The notes under the pieces: generated by a model | Databases searched by the model: none | What the model was told of the DNA's origin: nothing | What the model saw: the letters and a program-made list of their open reading frames with translations, nothing else | NCBI GenBank assembly: GCA_964035545.1 | Contig: OZ037767.1 | Coordinates: forward strand, 22,398,628 to 22,462,627 | DNA: 64,000 nucleotides | Origin: Bugula neritina | Taxonomy: Eukaryota; Animalia; Bryozoa | Direction of reading: 5' to 3' | Shown here: in pieces, positions 50,585 to 64,000 of the stretch | Layout: each line of letters starts with the position of its first letter | Position numbering within the stretch: position 1 is the stretch's first letter | Program-made: the position numbers and the translations under genes

Positions 50585-53500
50585 ATGGGAGATGCCGGAT
50601 TCTTTAAGGTAAGTCTAATGTAATTTTGTTGTTTAATTATGTAATATAGTAATTAACTCTAGTGACTAGTTTTGTAATTAATTTTTCAAATACATGGGCT
50701 TGGCTCTAGCTTTGGTTGAAAGTAGTTAAATAGTGATTGAATACATCTTAGCTTAGCTTTGCTTTTGAAATTAAATCAAAGATGCTTTTTTTTCTTTTTG
50801 GGGGGGAGGGGAGGGCGAACCTCTACAGCATCATTTAGTGATTAAAAATTTGGTCTCCATTCTGTAGGGAACAAGTGCTGACCAAGATACTCGATTTGCT
50901 GATAAGAAGAAAAAGCTGATCAAACAGATGAAATTTGAAGAGGTCATTGATAAGAAGGTTATGCATAAAAATGATACTACACTTTTTTATTTCAGAATTT
51001 TTTAGATATTTTAAGAATTTTCTCAAAGCTGTGAGAGAGTTTCTGTTTAGTAACATGCTGTTTGGCTGTAGGTGCAAAACTACCAAAAAAATTACTAAAA
51101 GATGCAATTTATCTTTATTAATAAAACTAAACTAGCAATCTAGCTACACTGTTCAGTCTACCCATTAACTGGTTACATAACTGAGTTACTGATTCAACTT
51201 GCACAGCTGCTGCCCATGCCGTTGTTGGACAGGCACACGGGGTTTACTGTTGTCATGCTAACATTGACCACTTGTCTATGCAGGTGGATATGTCTAAAGT
51301 GCAACTAGACACTCTAAAGCCCTGGATTACTCAGAGAATAACGGAAATTCTAGGCTTTGATGACGATGTAGTGATAGAATTCATATTCAATCAGCTGGAA
51401 GCAAGGGTATGTCTACTTATAGTGTCGCTTGTGTTGATTGGTCAGGTTGCTGTGTTGCCATGCTACTGTTTATATTTAGTAGGTACCAACGCGACGACCT
51501 CTTCCCTCGAGTTGCCTGTTTGTAGAACGAGTTGATGTTAGATTCACATGATTTGTGTTCTGTCTAGCCTTACAAATGTGCATTTAACATGACCTTGACA
51601 ATGATATGAGTAGCTACATGCTTTAATAATCGGTGTGTACTGTTTTTGTGTCTTTTTCTGACGATTATGAATTTTCCATCAAATAGATAAACTTGAGCAG
51701 AATGTTATGAAGGCATTGTGGGTTCGGTCTACATCATCCTCTTCATTCATCATTACATTGCATTGCTAGGGATATTACCTGCGCGCTACACGGCACACAC
51801 TTTCTCTCAGACTAACAATTTACAAGAATATATATTTGTAACGGGTATGTATAGTAAAACATGTGTCTGTTTCATATCTTGCATATTGCATTGCCTAAGT
51901 TTAACTATGAATAAACTCAGCTTTTCCTGAGATTTCCTTAGGGTTAAGCTGTTTGTTGAACCTTGATAAAGTACAATGCTGCTGAATTATCAATGCTCCT
52001 TTTTACTTGCTTAGCAAATAAATTGTTGGTAGATGTTTAGTAACTAGTCTGCTATTACTACATGTTTTTGTTTTCAATGAGCCGCTATGTTGTATTTTAT
52101 GTGAGGTTCATAGGTTAATTATGATAGACACAGATTTCTAAAGACTTGCAACCTACTACAGCACTGTCAACTGCAAGCAGCCGCACCCTGCTAGTCCAAG
52201 AACTACAGCTTATAGCCCGAGTGTGTCATGGCAGACAAATAGAAACCCTGCTTTCTTGTTTGCTTCACACAGCTATTTTATTGTCGTTAAATTAACGCTG
52301 TGTTTTAGATTAGAAACTTTTCAGTGTATTTTATAGTATTCCATTCTCGACTAGTGCAAAACCGAAGCAAAATTTTAGTTACGTGTGACAAATTGCCCAT
52401 TATTTTCCACCCTTGTTAGTTTTGATCGAACAAAATCTCTGGATTAATATTCAATGTAATAGTTTTTGTATTTCATTTTGTGCTTGCCTTGTAACAGTTG
52501 TCCTTTTGTACAGGTGACTGTTCAGTCGAATCTGGAAGAGAACACAACTTCACATCTTCTAACTCACCTTGACCTTGCTCAGCACCTAGCCTTAGCTAGC
52601 CAGACACCGTCTGGAGATTTGTAGGTCAGGAGTTGAAGGAACTAGATTCGCCAGAATACATCTTTATAACTGCTGAACCTTTTTAGTTTGAATTTAAATT
52701 GCATTGGATAGGTTTTCATATATTTAGAGTATATCAGCGTGTCACTTGTGGAATTTGAATGAAATAATTTTATGCTTTGAACTTTCCGATTTTGGCATTC
52801 ACCTGTTTTCTGAGGTTGACTGGTGTTTTGTTGTAGCACCCGGACCCCAAGGACATGCAGATTAATCTTACTGGATTTCTGAATGGAAAGAACGCCCGCC
52901 TGTTTATGGGAGAACTTTGGGGCCATCTTATTTCTGCACAGGAAAATGAGATGGGAGTTCCACAAGCATTTATTGAAGCGAAGAAAGCAGAGATCAAAGC
53001 TCGAGAAGTAAGTATTGTTGGCTGCTATTTTCAGGTTTTGTAATATTCATAATACTTTATTCTAAATATACACCACGTTGCTTGTACTACTATGGCCTGT
53101 TTCGCTGCCTTTATGGCGTATTTGGTTTCTCTTTGTCTAGGAGGAAAAGCAGAAACTTGAGGAAGCTGTACGTGAGTCGGAGAGAGCTATTGTTGAAACT
53201 CTCAACAATCAGCGTAAAGAGTCCGAGAAGAGGTTAGCACTTATTGATTGCTGCCGGCCTGGTCAGCTGTCACTCTTCTAGCATCTTCTAATACATTCTC
53301 ATATGACTAACTGTCTACTAAGTCATTTCGGATCGGCACATGTTATAAGTAGTGATACTGTAAAGAATATACTGTTGTGATTTGCCATTGTGTGTAGTAA
53401 AGTACACTTATTGTCTATGTGTTCTGTGCAACTTAAACTTATTATTTTTTTCTTCTATCTGGTTTATATACTTGGTAAATGTATACTTGTGACTCGCGTA

Positions 53501-56500
53501 CACCTATTGTACAGACAAAATATACACTTTCCAGTACTAGATTTGTGTTATCTAACTAGTATACTTAGGTATAGCAAGTAACAGTTCTCACAGAGTATAT
53601 TATGTGCATGTGTATGTGTGCGGCCATTCTAGAAGGCGATCTCGATCCCGGAGCCCGAGGAGGAGACGAGATGACAAGCCGAGAGCTGAGAAAAGACGTT
53701 CTCGATCTCCCAAACCTGAGAGAAAGTCCGAGGCTGAACCTGCTGTGGTCAATGGAACAGAACAGGCTAAGAAAACGCAAGTTTCTATTATCTATTTAGA
53801 AGTTTAGCTCGCAAATAATTTTTCTGTTTTATAAAACCTCAATAATTTTTTCATTTTTTGCTGCATATACAATATCCTATTGAGTTTTGTAATGATTTTC
53901 GTTACTTTTACTTGCTGTACAAGATATTGATGCATGAGTTGTATTTTATTTTGACCAAAGTTTTCTGGAAATCCCAGTGCCACTTCATTTGAAGGTTGGC
54001 ATAGTGTGTGCCTAATACATCGTCATTACCAGAACAATCTATGTTTAGCAATACATACAGAGCTCAGATATAAAAACAAAAGTTTTAACATTTCTCACAC
54101 CTTATTAATGTTTATCCTTATTGTTTTAGAAAGCTCCTAACTTTAACGATTAGCTGTTTTTTGCTGTTTTTAGTGTTGAAAATGGTAAGAGTGAGAATGC
54201 TGATACAGCTGCAGCTGCCGAGGATAAGGAGGAGAAACCTGCCGCTGACAAGGGTGACGTGAAAGAGGAAGCATCTTCAGACACGGAGGGCAAAGTGGGA
54301 AAGAAGACAAATTCACCGGCTGCCGAGAGTAAGCGGCGGTACAGAAACCGGCGGGATAGTCGCAGCTCTGATGACGGTGAAGGCGGCAGGAAAAGGTATT
54401 TTAGTAGTTGCAATATCCTTTATCGCATTCGATTTCTAATAAAGCAGGGCTTGCCTACTCATAAGTAACTGTGTCTTTACAAACCATGTGAAGGTGTGAC
54501 ACCTTGATATTTTCTGATTGCAAGGTTTCTCTAGTTGATAGATTTCTTTCAGTCATTCACTGGTTTCAGGATATATTTAAGCTGTACTTTGCACTAGACA
54601 ATTTGAACATCTCATTGACAATGCAGTTCTGCTGTTGTACTTGATTTAGAAACCAGGAAATTTACTGGTTTGAATTTGCTGATGTGTGTGGATATTTGGT
54701 GTGAGTGTTTTGCATGAGTTCGACTCAACGCCATGAAAGCAATACATCGTTTAACATATGAAGTATGCAATCCTAGGTCTCGAAGCCCTGCCAGACGCAG
54801 CCGCTCACGGGGTGACAGGAGGTCCAGATCTCGTGGAAATCGGAGGTCCAGATCACGGTCTAAGGAGAGACGCAGGTCCCGCTCTCGTGATCGGCGCAGA
54901 TCTCATTCCAGGGAGCGGAGGAGATCTCATTCCCGAGGAGGGAGAAGGTTAGTGCACTTCTACTCGTTAGGAATAATAACTCAGTCGGTTGATGTGTTGC
55001 TGTTGACTTTTGTCCTTCTGCAGGTCTCGGTCTCCTTTTTACGGTCGACGACCTCCAGCCCGTAGACCCATGTACAGGAGCCCCCCTAGAATGAGACGTT
55101 ACTCCCCGCCCCGTCCTGTCAGGAGAAGGACACCACCTCCACCAAGGAGGAGGTCCTCTCCCCCACCGAGAGAGCCCCGACCCCTCACCCCTCTCTCTCA
55201 GGTTAGAGCAAAGGCTAAGGCTGAGGAGAGATCTGTTTCCAGCTCTTCTTCGTCGCGATCTGACTCTGAAGAAAGGCGTCCACCGGAGCGCAAAAGGTGA
55301 CCTGTTTGGCTGAGTTAATTAAGCTGTATTGGGGCAAGAGTTTTGTTTGAAATTTTCTTGCTCATGTCTTGGAAAAATAATTCAGCTCAATTTGTTTTCA
55401 AAGAGCAAATCTACCAACCTTTGCAATGACTTATATGGCATTTGTTTATACAATAGGCAATTGGCTGTATCTTGGAAGTTAGGCATGAGGTATTTCTACT
55501 TAATGCATTTCTATCCAATCAGATTGTGTTTTAATTTATCCTCTTCTGTGCAATAGAAACTGATTGGATGTTTTTTTTGGGTCATCTTTTTAGACAGGCT
55601 TCAAATAGTCCTGGTAGAAGGCGGGACCGTTCTTCACCAACTATAACCAGGAAGATTTCAGTCAAGCAGAGAAGACCAAAGAGTGAGAGTGGCTCTCCTG
55701 ACCGCCCGCAAAGAAGGAGAAGACAATCTAGTGCTTCTCCCAAGTCAAAGAGAGTAGTCTCTTCTAGCAGGTGAAAGTCTTTTTATACTGAAAGTTTTTA
55801 AATTGCTCTGATTTGTTGTCAATTCTCAGTTTACTTGTTTAAGGAAGCAATAATTGGTTATATTTATTTTGTTACGGATGCATTTTTATCGTTGATGTGC
55901 CCATGTTTACCCAATCAATCACAGTGCAATTAAGATTTGTATTAAAAAGTAAATGTTGATATGTTAGTAGTATATATTAACCATTATTTCCTTTACTTGT
56001 GGATCAAGTCTATGCAGCTCATCATTGTCATGAGTCTATGTTATACTGTTCTCCTTCACTGTCAGGTCTCCAGAGGTAAATCGAGTGAAAAAGCAAGTAG
56101 TAAGAAAGAGAAAGCCGAGTTCTTCCGGAAGTGCTAGCAGCCGCAGTCCATCCCCTCAATCTATTAAGAAGATGAAGAAGGTACAGCAAAGGCGTAGCAG
56201 ATCTCCTTCGGTTGAGAAGCCATTGTCAAGGAGTAAAAAGCCTGGAGATAGCAGAAGACGTTCTTCTCCAGAAAACAGCCCTCCTAAGAGTAGGAAGAAA
56301 CCTGTAAATACAAGCCCACCTCCTAGAAAAAGGCGAGGCTCCCCGAGCCCACCTCCTAGAAAGAGGCGGGATTCACCAAGCCCACCACCCAGAAAGAGCC
56401 GGGGCTCCCCAAGCCCACCTCCTAGAAAGAGACGGGATTCACCAAGCCCACCACCCAGAAAAAGGCGGGACTCTCTGAGCCCACCACCCAGAAAGAGGCG

Positions 56501-59092
56501 GGACTCTAGCAGTCCAGTTCCTGAAAGGAGTCATGGCTCAGCTAGCCCCTCATCCAGAAAAGATCGAAAACATGTTCTGCATAGATTGTCGAGTCCTCAC
56601 AGAGAAAGACAGATCAAGAGATCTCGTAGTCCAACTCGCAAACAAGCACCACCCCCACGTGACAGATCACTTAGTTGGTAGGTGAAATCTATAGTTTCAA
56701 GGTCAAGTGAATGTGAACATATTAATACCTGCATTTATACGGTAGTTTGTCGACATTGATTTCACAAGGTATAGGAATCTCAAACAAAATCTAATTGTAG
56801 GTCTCCTGATAACAGGAAGTCCTCTCCAAGCATTTCCCCTAAAAGACGTGTGAAAAAGCAAAGTTCTAGCGCTTCACCGCAACGACGCAGACCACAAAGT
56901 CGTAAAAGTGCTAGTGCATCGCCACAGCGGCGCACAGACAGTTCTGGGAAGCGAAACAAATCTCCTGTGACTCGTTCTAGTAAGTACATGTGTATCCTTA
57001 ACAAGTTTCTTTATCTTTTTTGCTTTTGATTGCAAAGCTTTTCTATGTACTACATCTCCTACTTGGGTATTACTTAGAGTCAATAATTCAAAAGAGTGAA
57101 AGATATCTTGAATAATCATCTGATGTGTTTTATGTGTAACATGTTGCTATGTGATATTCACGTCATGTAATACTTATAAACTCCTGTAGGTTTAGTCAAT
57201 ATCTCTGTAAAAACCCCTGATGGAATAGGTTTTTTAAAGCGAGCTAAGGAGTTATAGTTATTCATATGTGTCACAGAAGCAATTATGACTACATGCTCTT
57301 CCTAACATCACTAATGACCTTTACTGGGGTTCGAACCCATGACTTCGTGTTTACTGAGCCAGCGCTCGAGCCCCTAGATCACGGCTGCTTCCACATCATG
57401 TAATAGTTACTCGTTTGATATGCTACTGTGTACCAGAGCAAGTATTTTTTCTGTAATAGTTTCTATAATAACATAGTAGGATTTTCTTCTCTTACAGTTT
57501 CCCCTGTCAGCAGGAAAAAGGTGGAAAAAGCTGAGTCATCTAAATCTAGTAGAGCAGACAAATCCGAAAACAAGCAAAGGTGAGAATGGTGAACGTCTTC
57601 AATGTTCTGCACTGTTTGTTTTTATCACTCAGAAATGTATACAGGAAGTTAGACTACAGTAGCATCTCCATACCCTGGTCTACTGCAGTCTGACCAGTTA
57701 GCATAGCTTTATTTCAATTCCTAAATATTGCCATCACTATATTATGTCCCTGCAGTTGCCACAGTATTAATAACTACATTATGTAATCATAGAATGTTAA
57801 TGGTGTACTAGCATGCTGGCGAAAGGCACCATATATCACCTATAAACAATATATTAAATTTTAACGTTTTGTTATGGATTTTTCTATGAAGACGAAATAT
57901 GATCTCTTTTTCAGAATTGATTCGCCATTTTTCTACATTTAATATATCTAGTAACAATAAGTGGTGTAATTATGTTTTTGTCTAGAAAAAAGATGCCATT
58001 TACTGGAATTACTTATTTTCTCCCTCTTCCTCTCTTTGCTGCTAAAGATATTATTTGGTGTAATAATTATATATTAATACGTAACTATGACTGGCAGAAA
58101 TCCAAAACGGAGTCATGGTTGCAAATTTTCTAACCTTGTGAGGAAAATTTAAATGGCAGAATTGCATTTGAGTTCTTGGTTAAGCACATCCATCAGTACC
58201 AATAGAGTAATATTCAATCTTGTGCTTGCTGTAGAGGTAAGAGCAACAGTCCAGCTGCTGCTCCAAAACCTGCTGCCAAGACATCCTCTAAGGCTAAAGT
58301 AGCTACAGACAGCGAAGTGAGTTCATTTCCCTTTTCTCAGTGTCATGTGACTAGTCAGTCACTGCTTTGTTTCCATGGATACCCTTACCGATTAATTTGT
58401 GCTCGCATTTCCTTCAACTTATGGTTGTGGTTTCTTTCGATGTAATTATTTTCATGAATGAAAAATCCATATGAATAATGCAAATGATGGAAACACAGTG
58501 AGTAGGGGTTCTGTTGTGGTGAAATGTGTGTAACAGACTCAGCAATGTGATGGCTAATACATGTAGCACTCAGGTATATGCTGCTTAGTATTATGTCCTG
58601 CTCTTCATCGTATAATCTACTTCAGGCTGCCGTATCAGCTGATGAGAAGAAAAAGAAATCTAAAAAGCAGAAGAAAGAGAAGAAGTCTAAGAAATCAAAG
58701 TCAAAGAGCAAGAATAAAGGGGCAGGGGTGCGTAACTCTCAGTTTCTCCAAACTACTGTGAAGTAAATTTATATTGGCTATATGAAGACACGCAAGTTCT
58801 GTATATTGTTATAGTTGAGGTCAATTTCTTTGGCAGTTATTATATTGTTTGATCCTTGTATTTGCCAAGATTGGGTTCAGCTTAACAGGTAGAGTCACAG
58901 GAACATTCTATCCCAACATCTTGCACACTTGAAAGATGAATTCATAGGTCTGAGGGCAAGCCTGCCGTGATATTATCAAGTATCGCTGTCTTTTTGCAGT
59001 CTGACAGCGAGATTGACGACGAGCTGGAGCAGAGTCTGAGGAGGAAAGCTCTAGAGTCAATGAATAGCAGAAAGAGAAACTCTTCGGAGTAG
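50585..59092 (+). CDS. SRRM1: Serine/arginine repetitive matrix protein 1 (SRm160), PWI domain plus RS/SP-rich region
   Basis: Exons 50585-50608, 50868-50957, 51284-51406, 52837-53007, 53141-53232, 53633-53776, 54174-54395, 54777-54947, 55024-55296, 55594-55770, 56066-56677, 56801-56979, 57498-57579, 58235-58316, 58626-58727, 59000-59092. MGDAGFFKGTSADQDTRFADK, LKPWITQRITEILGFDDDVVIEFIFNQLE, PDPKDMQINLTGFLNGKNARLFMGELW and C-terminal LEQSLRRKALESM are diagnostic. Confidence 0.96.
56313..56510 (+). repeat. Coding 33-bp repeat, 6 x SPPPRKRR[GD]SP, in SRRM1
   Basis: Seen in translation and DNA. Confidence 0.9.
57225..57392 (-). mobile_element. tRNA-derived SINE in SRRM1 intron
   Basis: Minus GGAAGCAGCCGTGATCTAGGGGCTCGAGCG...GGGTTCGAACCCC (B box); homologous to 17336-17497. 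Confidence 0.78.
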
Positions 59093-60466
59093 ATGAACTC
59101 AGTACCTCACTCTCTGACAATAACTACATCACCAGTCACAGTAGTGTCCAGTGATTGATGTTACTTGAAGTACATGTTTGGCTGATGAATTTTGTACATA
59201 TTTGTGAGCAATAATAATGTGAATATTATAATAAGTGGTATTCTACTGCTGTTTTATAGTGGAAATTAAATATATCTGTGAGAAAAATTGAAATAATTAT
59301 GTTATACAGGGTTAATGTTATCAGCATTGATACTAGCATGTACTGGGGGCATTACCTTTGCACCAGTATAATTGTCAATCTGAAGACTTAGATAAACTGT
59401 GTATTTGGTAAACACTAGTGCGATACAAACTGCATGGCAAGTAAATTGGAATCAACTGGTACCTGCTTTATAATTTGGCTTAAGTATATAAAAAAGCACG
59501 TTTTGTTATCTGAAAACAAGAGAGGACAACTGATGTACACTTCAGCGAAATGCAGGCATTGTAGTTTTTATATATATGCAAATTTATCATAAATAAGTAC
59601 TATGTAAAATCTACTGACATGTGTATTTATGTATAGAACAGCTTTACAAAGGTGCCAATTTATACTCCAACAACAAAGAATAGGCGAAATAGCCCTTGTG
59701 CAGATTATGAACAGTGGTAAGAGTCAACTGAACGACATAATCAGAACCCTTCAAGCTTTAAGTTAGTAATAATTTAACAGTTATGAAAAAAAGGTATCTT
59801 GCACAACTATTAGTAGATTTATTTATATGAATTGTCAAAAAAAACCATAAAAATGATTGAAAAAACAATATTTTTAACAAATTTAATAAAGCGAAATGTA
59901 AAATGTGTGAGCAAGAACAATTCTTGGTGCATAAACATATAATTTACTAACACTACTGCATTGCAGCACTTGAAAGTACCTACCACAAACGATGGAAGAC
60001 CATTAAAAGAGATTTTAATATTTTGAAGCATTGTTGATGCTATGCTTCAACAAGAACTTCAAAGAGGGCTTTTGATCACAAGAGAAACTTTAACATGGAT
60101 ATTAAAATTGAAAACAAGAGGTCTATCTAAGGCAGAGTTGTAACTAATCTTAGTTGCCTTGTGGACTAGATAACTGTGTTTAGCAAGGTAACCAAAAACA
60201 TGTCGGCCTATCAAATTTTAGAATAAAAATGTGTGACAGTGCAACATATTATCTTTGGCAAATGATACACAAGTCTAAAATGGTTTAAAAACTCTACGTA
60301 AAATAGAAGTAAACATCATGTTTATGACAAACTGTAAAACAGATATCATCACATGGATTATGTATGTTATAAACTGCTAAGTCGTATTTCGGTCACTGCA
60401 ACTTAATTGTCGCTACCTCAGTACACCCATATGTCTGAGTTGCTTTAGAACAACCAGGACTTGTAT

Positions 60467-62747
60467 CTATAGGTCTAGATAAACCATCACCTCATTGGCC
60501 AGAGCGCAAGCATATATCCGCAGAGTGTAGTACAGAGTAATGAAATCAGTAGTCCCAAAGAGAGTGTCTGCCAAAGCAAAGCCTAGTGTAGAGGGAATGA
60601 AGCCTCGGCCGTACTCCACCATGTAAGTTCCCGCTGACCACTGCACGGCGGCAGCATCTCCCCAGCTGTGCACTATGGTATCACCTAGAAAGACAGGCAG
60701 CACACTAGATGTAACAGGTACATGGGCACAGGTTGTGAAGAGTTAGCGTTACATGGGCACAGGTTGTGAAGAGTTAGCACTACATGGGCACAGGTTGTGA
60801 AGAGTTAGTACTACATGGGCACAGGTTGTGAAGAGTTAGTAATACATGGGCACAGGTTGTGAAGGGTTAGCGTTACATGGGCACAGGTTGTGAAGAGTTA
60901 GCACTACATGGGCACAGGTTGTGAAGAGTTAGTACTACATGGGCACAGGTTGTGAAGAGTTAGTAATACATGGGCACAGGTTGTGAAGAGTTAGTACTAC
61001 ATGGGCACAGGTTGTGAAGAGTTAGCGTTACATGGGCACAGGTTGTGAAGAGTTAGTAATACATGGGTTGTGGTTGATGTTTGAATTATCAACTAGCAAT
61101 GGAGGTTAGTGTTTGAATATTTGAAGCAGCAATTTAATAGTATGCACAAATAAAATCTTTTAAAAAAATATTTCTATACCATGAGATACTATTTTCTAGT
61201 ACACAATTTTAAGGAATGACAAAGACTTCATACTAGAAACATGAAAACAAATTATTTAAGGATTACGTAACAAAAGCATAGTAACTTTTTTAGTTAACCC
61301 AGTCCCTATACTAATTATATAATATACCACACATTCAATTAATTTTATCTGACCTCTAGTTAAAGGATTGCTCAATCTTAGTTTATTACAATCACATTAT
61401 AATTATGAACTATAATCTAATGTGTATGCAAACAATTATGGCTTTGTAAAGGGATATGTCCCTAGAAAACAGCTTTTCAAAATTCCAATTTTGAGGGAGG
61501 TAAAATTTTCAGCCATGAAAAAGAATAGCCTAATACGTGACGTGTGAACGCCAGTAACTATGCTGCACGTGCTAACTATAACGCTAGTATTCAAGGTTGC
61601 TGAGCACAACATCAACCAATAACGCTCAAGCAGTTACAGTGCGCTATATAGGTCAGCTTTGGTGTGCCCGTAATATTGCACAACCTGACCTAGTTTAGAT
61701 CGATCGCAGGCATTCATCCTAAAGAATGCATGTTTTTGCAATGCTTTTTTCTAATGTTTACAAGCAAAATATGGCCTAATGTTATCACATACATGTTATT
61801 TAAAATGTCAAAAAACTATAGATTGAGATAGTTCACATTTGCACTTCTATAAATATACAAATTACGAGCTGAAAGATTACATCTCACAGTCATATTTCTA
61901 TAGTTATTCATTTGTATAGTCACGTGACCAGCAGGAATGCTGGCGCTGTTACGTCACATTTCCCAGCTCATTTCAAAATCGGCGTTTTGGCTGTTACCAA
62001 TCTACACCCTCAACTTCAACTAACTTTTTCTACCTTCGGTCAAATGCTTTTTGTCAATGCATGCTTAGAAAAACACAATATTATGTGTGTTTGACCTAAA
62101 TAGCCATTTATTAGACAAGATAGAGCAATCCTTTAAATCAACACATACAACAGAAATTAAGATATAAATGAATGTTTTTACCAGCTTTGTATACTCTGTT
62201 GCCAAGGTCCCCTTCACTCCATTGTGTATATGACCCTGAGATCATAGTGTCTGTGATATTAGCCCAGTACCTGCCTACCAATACAGACAAAGAATCCTTA
62301 GACTACAGCTAAAGTGGCATGCATGTCTAGTAGCAGCAGTAGTAGCAGCAGTAGCAGTAGTGGTAGTAGTAGTAATAGTATTAGTAGTAGTAATAATAGT
62401 AGTGGTAGTAGCAGTAGTAACACTAGTAGTAGTAGCAGCAGTAGTAGCAACAGCAGCAGCAGTAGCAGTAGTAGCAGTAGTAGTAGCAGTAGTAGTAATG
62501 CTAAAGCCATATTCATAAACTTATGGTTACTAAATACCGGAATGGCCGCTGGTGTCAATGGCTGTGCCAAAGAACAATATATATTCTGTTAGAGATGCAT
62601 GCAGAATGTACATGTGACCCATCCATCCTCCACAATTGACAAATATCCACTGAGTGTCTTGAGGAGGGATAATGTGATTCTTATACTTCTTTCTTAGCTG
62701 TTTTTCTATGTTAGCAAATGCTGCCTGAACATTGCTGCCATCGCCAA
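60467..62747 (-). CDS. SIGMAR1: Sigma non-opioid intracellular receptor 1 (ERG2/sigma-1 family), 5'-partial, last three exons
   Basis: Exons 62747-62538, 62274-62182, 60684-60467: [35 protein letters not shown]|[13 protein letters not shown]..|[41 protein letters not shown]. The first (transmembrane) exon was not found in the window. Confidence 0.95.
60719..61067. repeat. 31-bp minisatellite (TACATGGGCACAGGTTGTGAAGAGTTAGnnn)n, 11 copies, SIGMAR1 intron
   Basis: Directly visible. Confidence 0.95.
61360..62136 (-). mobile_element. Kolobok/T2-MITE-like element, copy 2 (inverted relative to copy 1), SIGMAR1 intron
   Basis: TTAA ends, same TIR, full-length reverse-complement match to 24138-24913 with scattered substitutions. 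Confidence 0.9.
62328..62497. repeat. (AGT/AGC)n trinucleotide repeat in SIGMAR1 intron
   Basis: Directly visible; lies between exon boundaries 62274 and 62538. Confidence 0.92.
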
Positions 62748-63379
62748 CTAAAAACGTAAACAGTAAAAACTTAACAAGCAAAGAATGCTACTTATAAGGA
62801 ATATAACACTAGTACACCATGCCTTTAAAGTATCATCTACTCTAAAAAAAAGTAATAGCAAAATAATATTATGCTTTTATAGTGTTAGAAAAATGCTTCA
62901 ACCATTAATACTGGCTTGTATGAAGTGTAGACAAAAAGAGAGAAAAATATCTAAATAAAGAGTTGTGAAGTGTATGGTAGTGAGTATTCTACTAGTGTAC
63001 TTTAAACTGGAAACATGTCTGGGAATACAATAAAACATCTCTCTGAGTAAAGCACACTACAGATTATCTTTAAAAAAATAAAAAGAACAATGATGTTATT
63101 CTCACAATATGAGTATCTGTATTAACCTACCAATATCAAGTATTAATTATACGTTCCAGAAAAAACCGAGCACGCTATCACATTAATGATAAAAGATAAG
63201 CATCGCTATCACATTAATGATAAAAGATAAGCATCGTAGTCATTATCACAGATAATGATTAGCTTACGTTTAAACTTTAAGTAAAGCTAAATGGCAATAA
63301 TAATGCTAATAACAATCTAGAGTCCTATACCGATAGGTGATGTTATACTATAACTAAATATATATTATATAGTTTAAAT

Positions 63380-63686
63380 GATTTTAGGTAAAAATGGCAC
63401 TAGTAAAAATGGCACAGGTAATAATAGCGCAGGTAATAAGGGCACAAATAGAAAAGTAGGAAAAAATGGCATATTTTCAATATTAGGGTTTGAGGTTGGG
63501 GTAGGGGGTTTAGATTGGGGATTTAGGTTAGGGGATCCGGTTTGTGTTTGGAATTGGGGTTTAAGGGTTGGGGGTTTGGGTTTGAGGTTTGGGAAAATTT
63601 AACATCAGTGTGCCGTTTTTCCTAATTTTCCATTTGTGCTCTTATTACCGGTGTCATTATTACCTGTGACATTTTTACCTAAAATC
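63380..63686. mobile_element. ~307-bp MITE-like element with long imperfect TIRs and G-rich core
   Basis: gattttaggtaaaaatggcac... is inverted by ...gtgacatttttacctaaaatc; 15-bp subrepeats ggtaa[at]aatggcac; centre rich in GGGG/GGGTTT runs. Confidence 0.75.
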
Positions 63687-63905
63687 GAAATGGACGGCAC
63701 CCTTAATATCTAGTTCTACAACCAAGTCTAATGAGTAATGCTACACAGTAAGTAATGACTATCACTATGAGCTATGCATACAGTAAGTGACTTACTGTAG
63801 GTGTAGCTCATAGTCATAGTCATCACTCACTTACTGATACTCATAGTCAATGTCATACTGATAGTGATTACTGATTACCACTACTCTATCACCAGTTCAG
63901 TACAA

Positions 63906-63954
63906 GATGAACTTGAAGATGAACTTGAAGATGAACTTGAAGATGAACTTGAAG
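63906..63954. repeat. 12-bp tandem repeat (GATGAACTTGAA)x4
   Basis: Directly visible. Confidence 0.85.
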
Positions 63955-64000
63955 ACACAATGAATGGTGATATTGAATGTGATTGATGAAATTATACAAA

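Noticed and set aside
60719-61067. CRISPR-like array
   Set aside because: Only 3-nt variable positions, no unique spacers, no cas genes, eukaryotic intron.
62298-62592. Poly-Leu and poly-Ser ORFs
   Set aside because: Intronic (AGT/AGC)n repeat between well-defined SIGMAR1 exons.

Overview
AT-rich eukaryotic (animal, probably invertebrate) genomic DNA with spliceosomal introns; the taxon cannot be fixed from the sequence. The right part (39-63 kb) holds three recognisable conserved genes: CHAF1B/CAF-1 p60 (minus, 10 coding exons), SRRM1 (plus, PWI plus RS domains, 16 coding exons, divergent from CHAF1B) and the last three exons of SIGMAR1 (minus). The left part (6-37.5 kb) is the interesting region: four co-oriented genes (A-D) that I do not recognise, encoding secreted low-complexity, block-structured proteins. 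Each has a signal peptide and a single phase-2 coding intron. They carry Arg/Gly/Tyr-rich, Pro-rich and Ser/Thr-rich blocks, and A, C and D share a short L-[GN]-[HN]-F-[FL]-(N)-R motif. A decayed copy of gene C exon 1 and other possible relics lie inside the cluster. Several segments resemble mussel foot adhesive proteins in composition (AKKPSYPTYHK; YGGNRPR; PAPYN/PAPSR repeats), so the cluster is a candidate lineage-specific adhesive, cuticle or matrix protein locus (inference). The ORF track splits or misses these genes because they are spliced. The window also has two copies of a TTAA-flanked Kolobok/T2-type MITE, other MITEs, a ~390-bp foldback in the divergent promoter region, tRNA-derived SINEs, an RTE LINE relic and many tandem repeats. 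All gene models were built by hand from GT-AG signals and reading phase; no database search was run.
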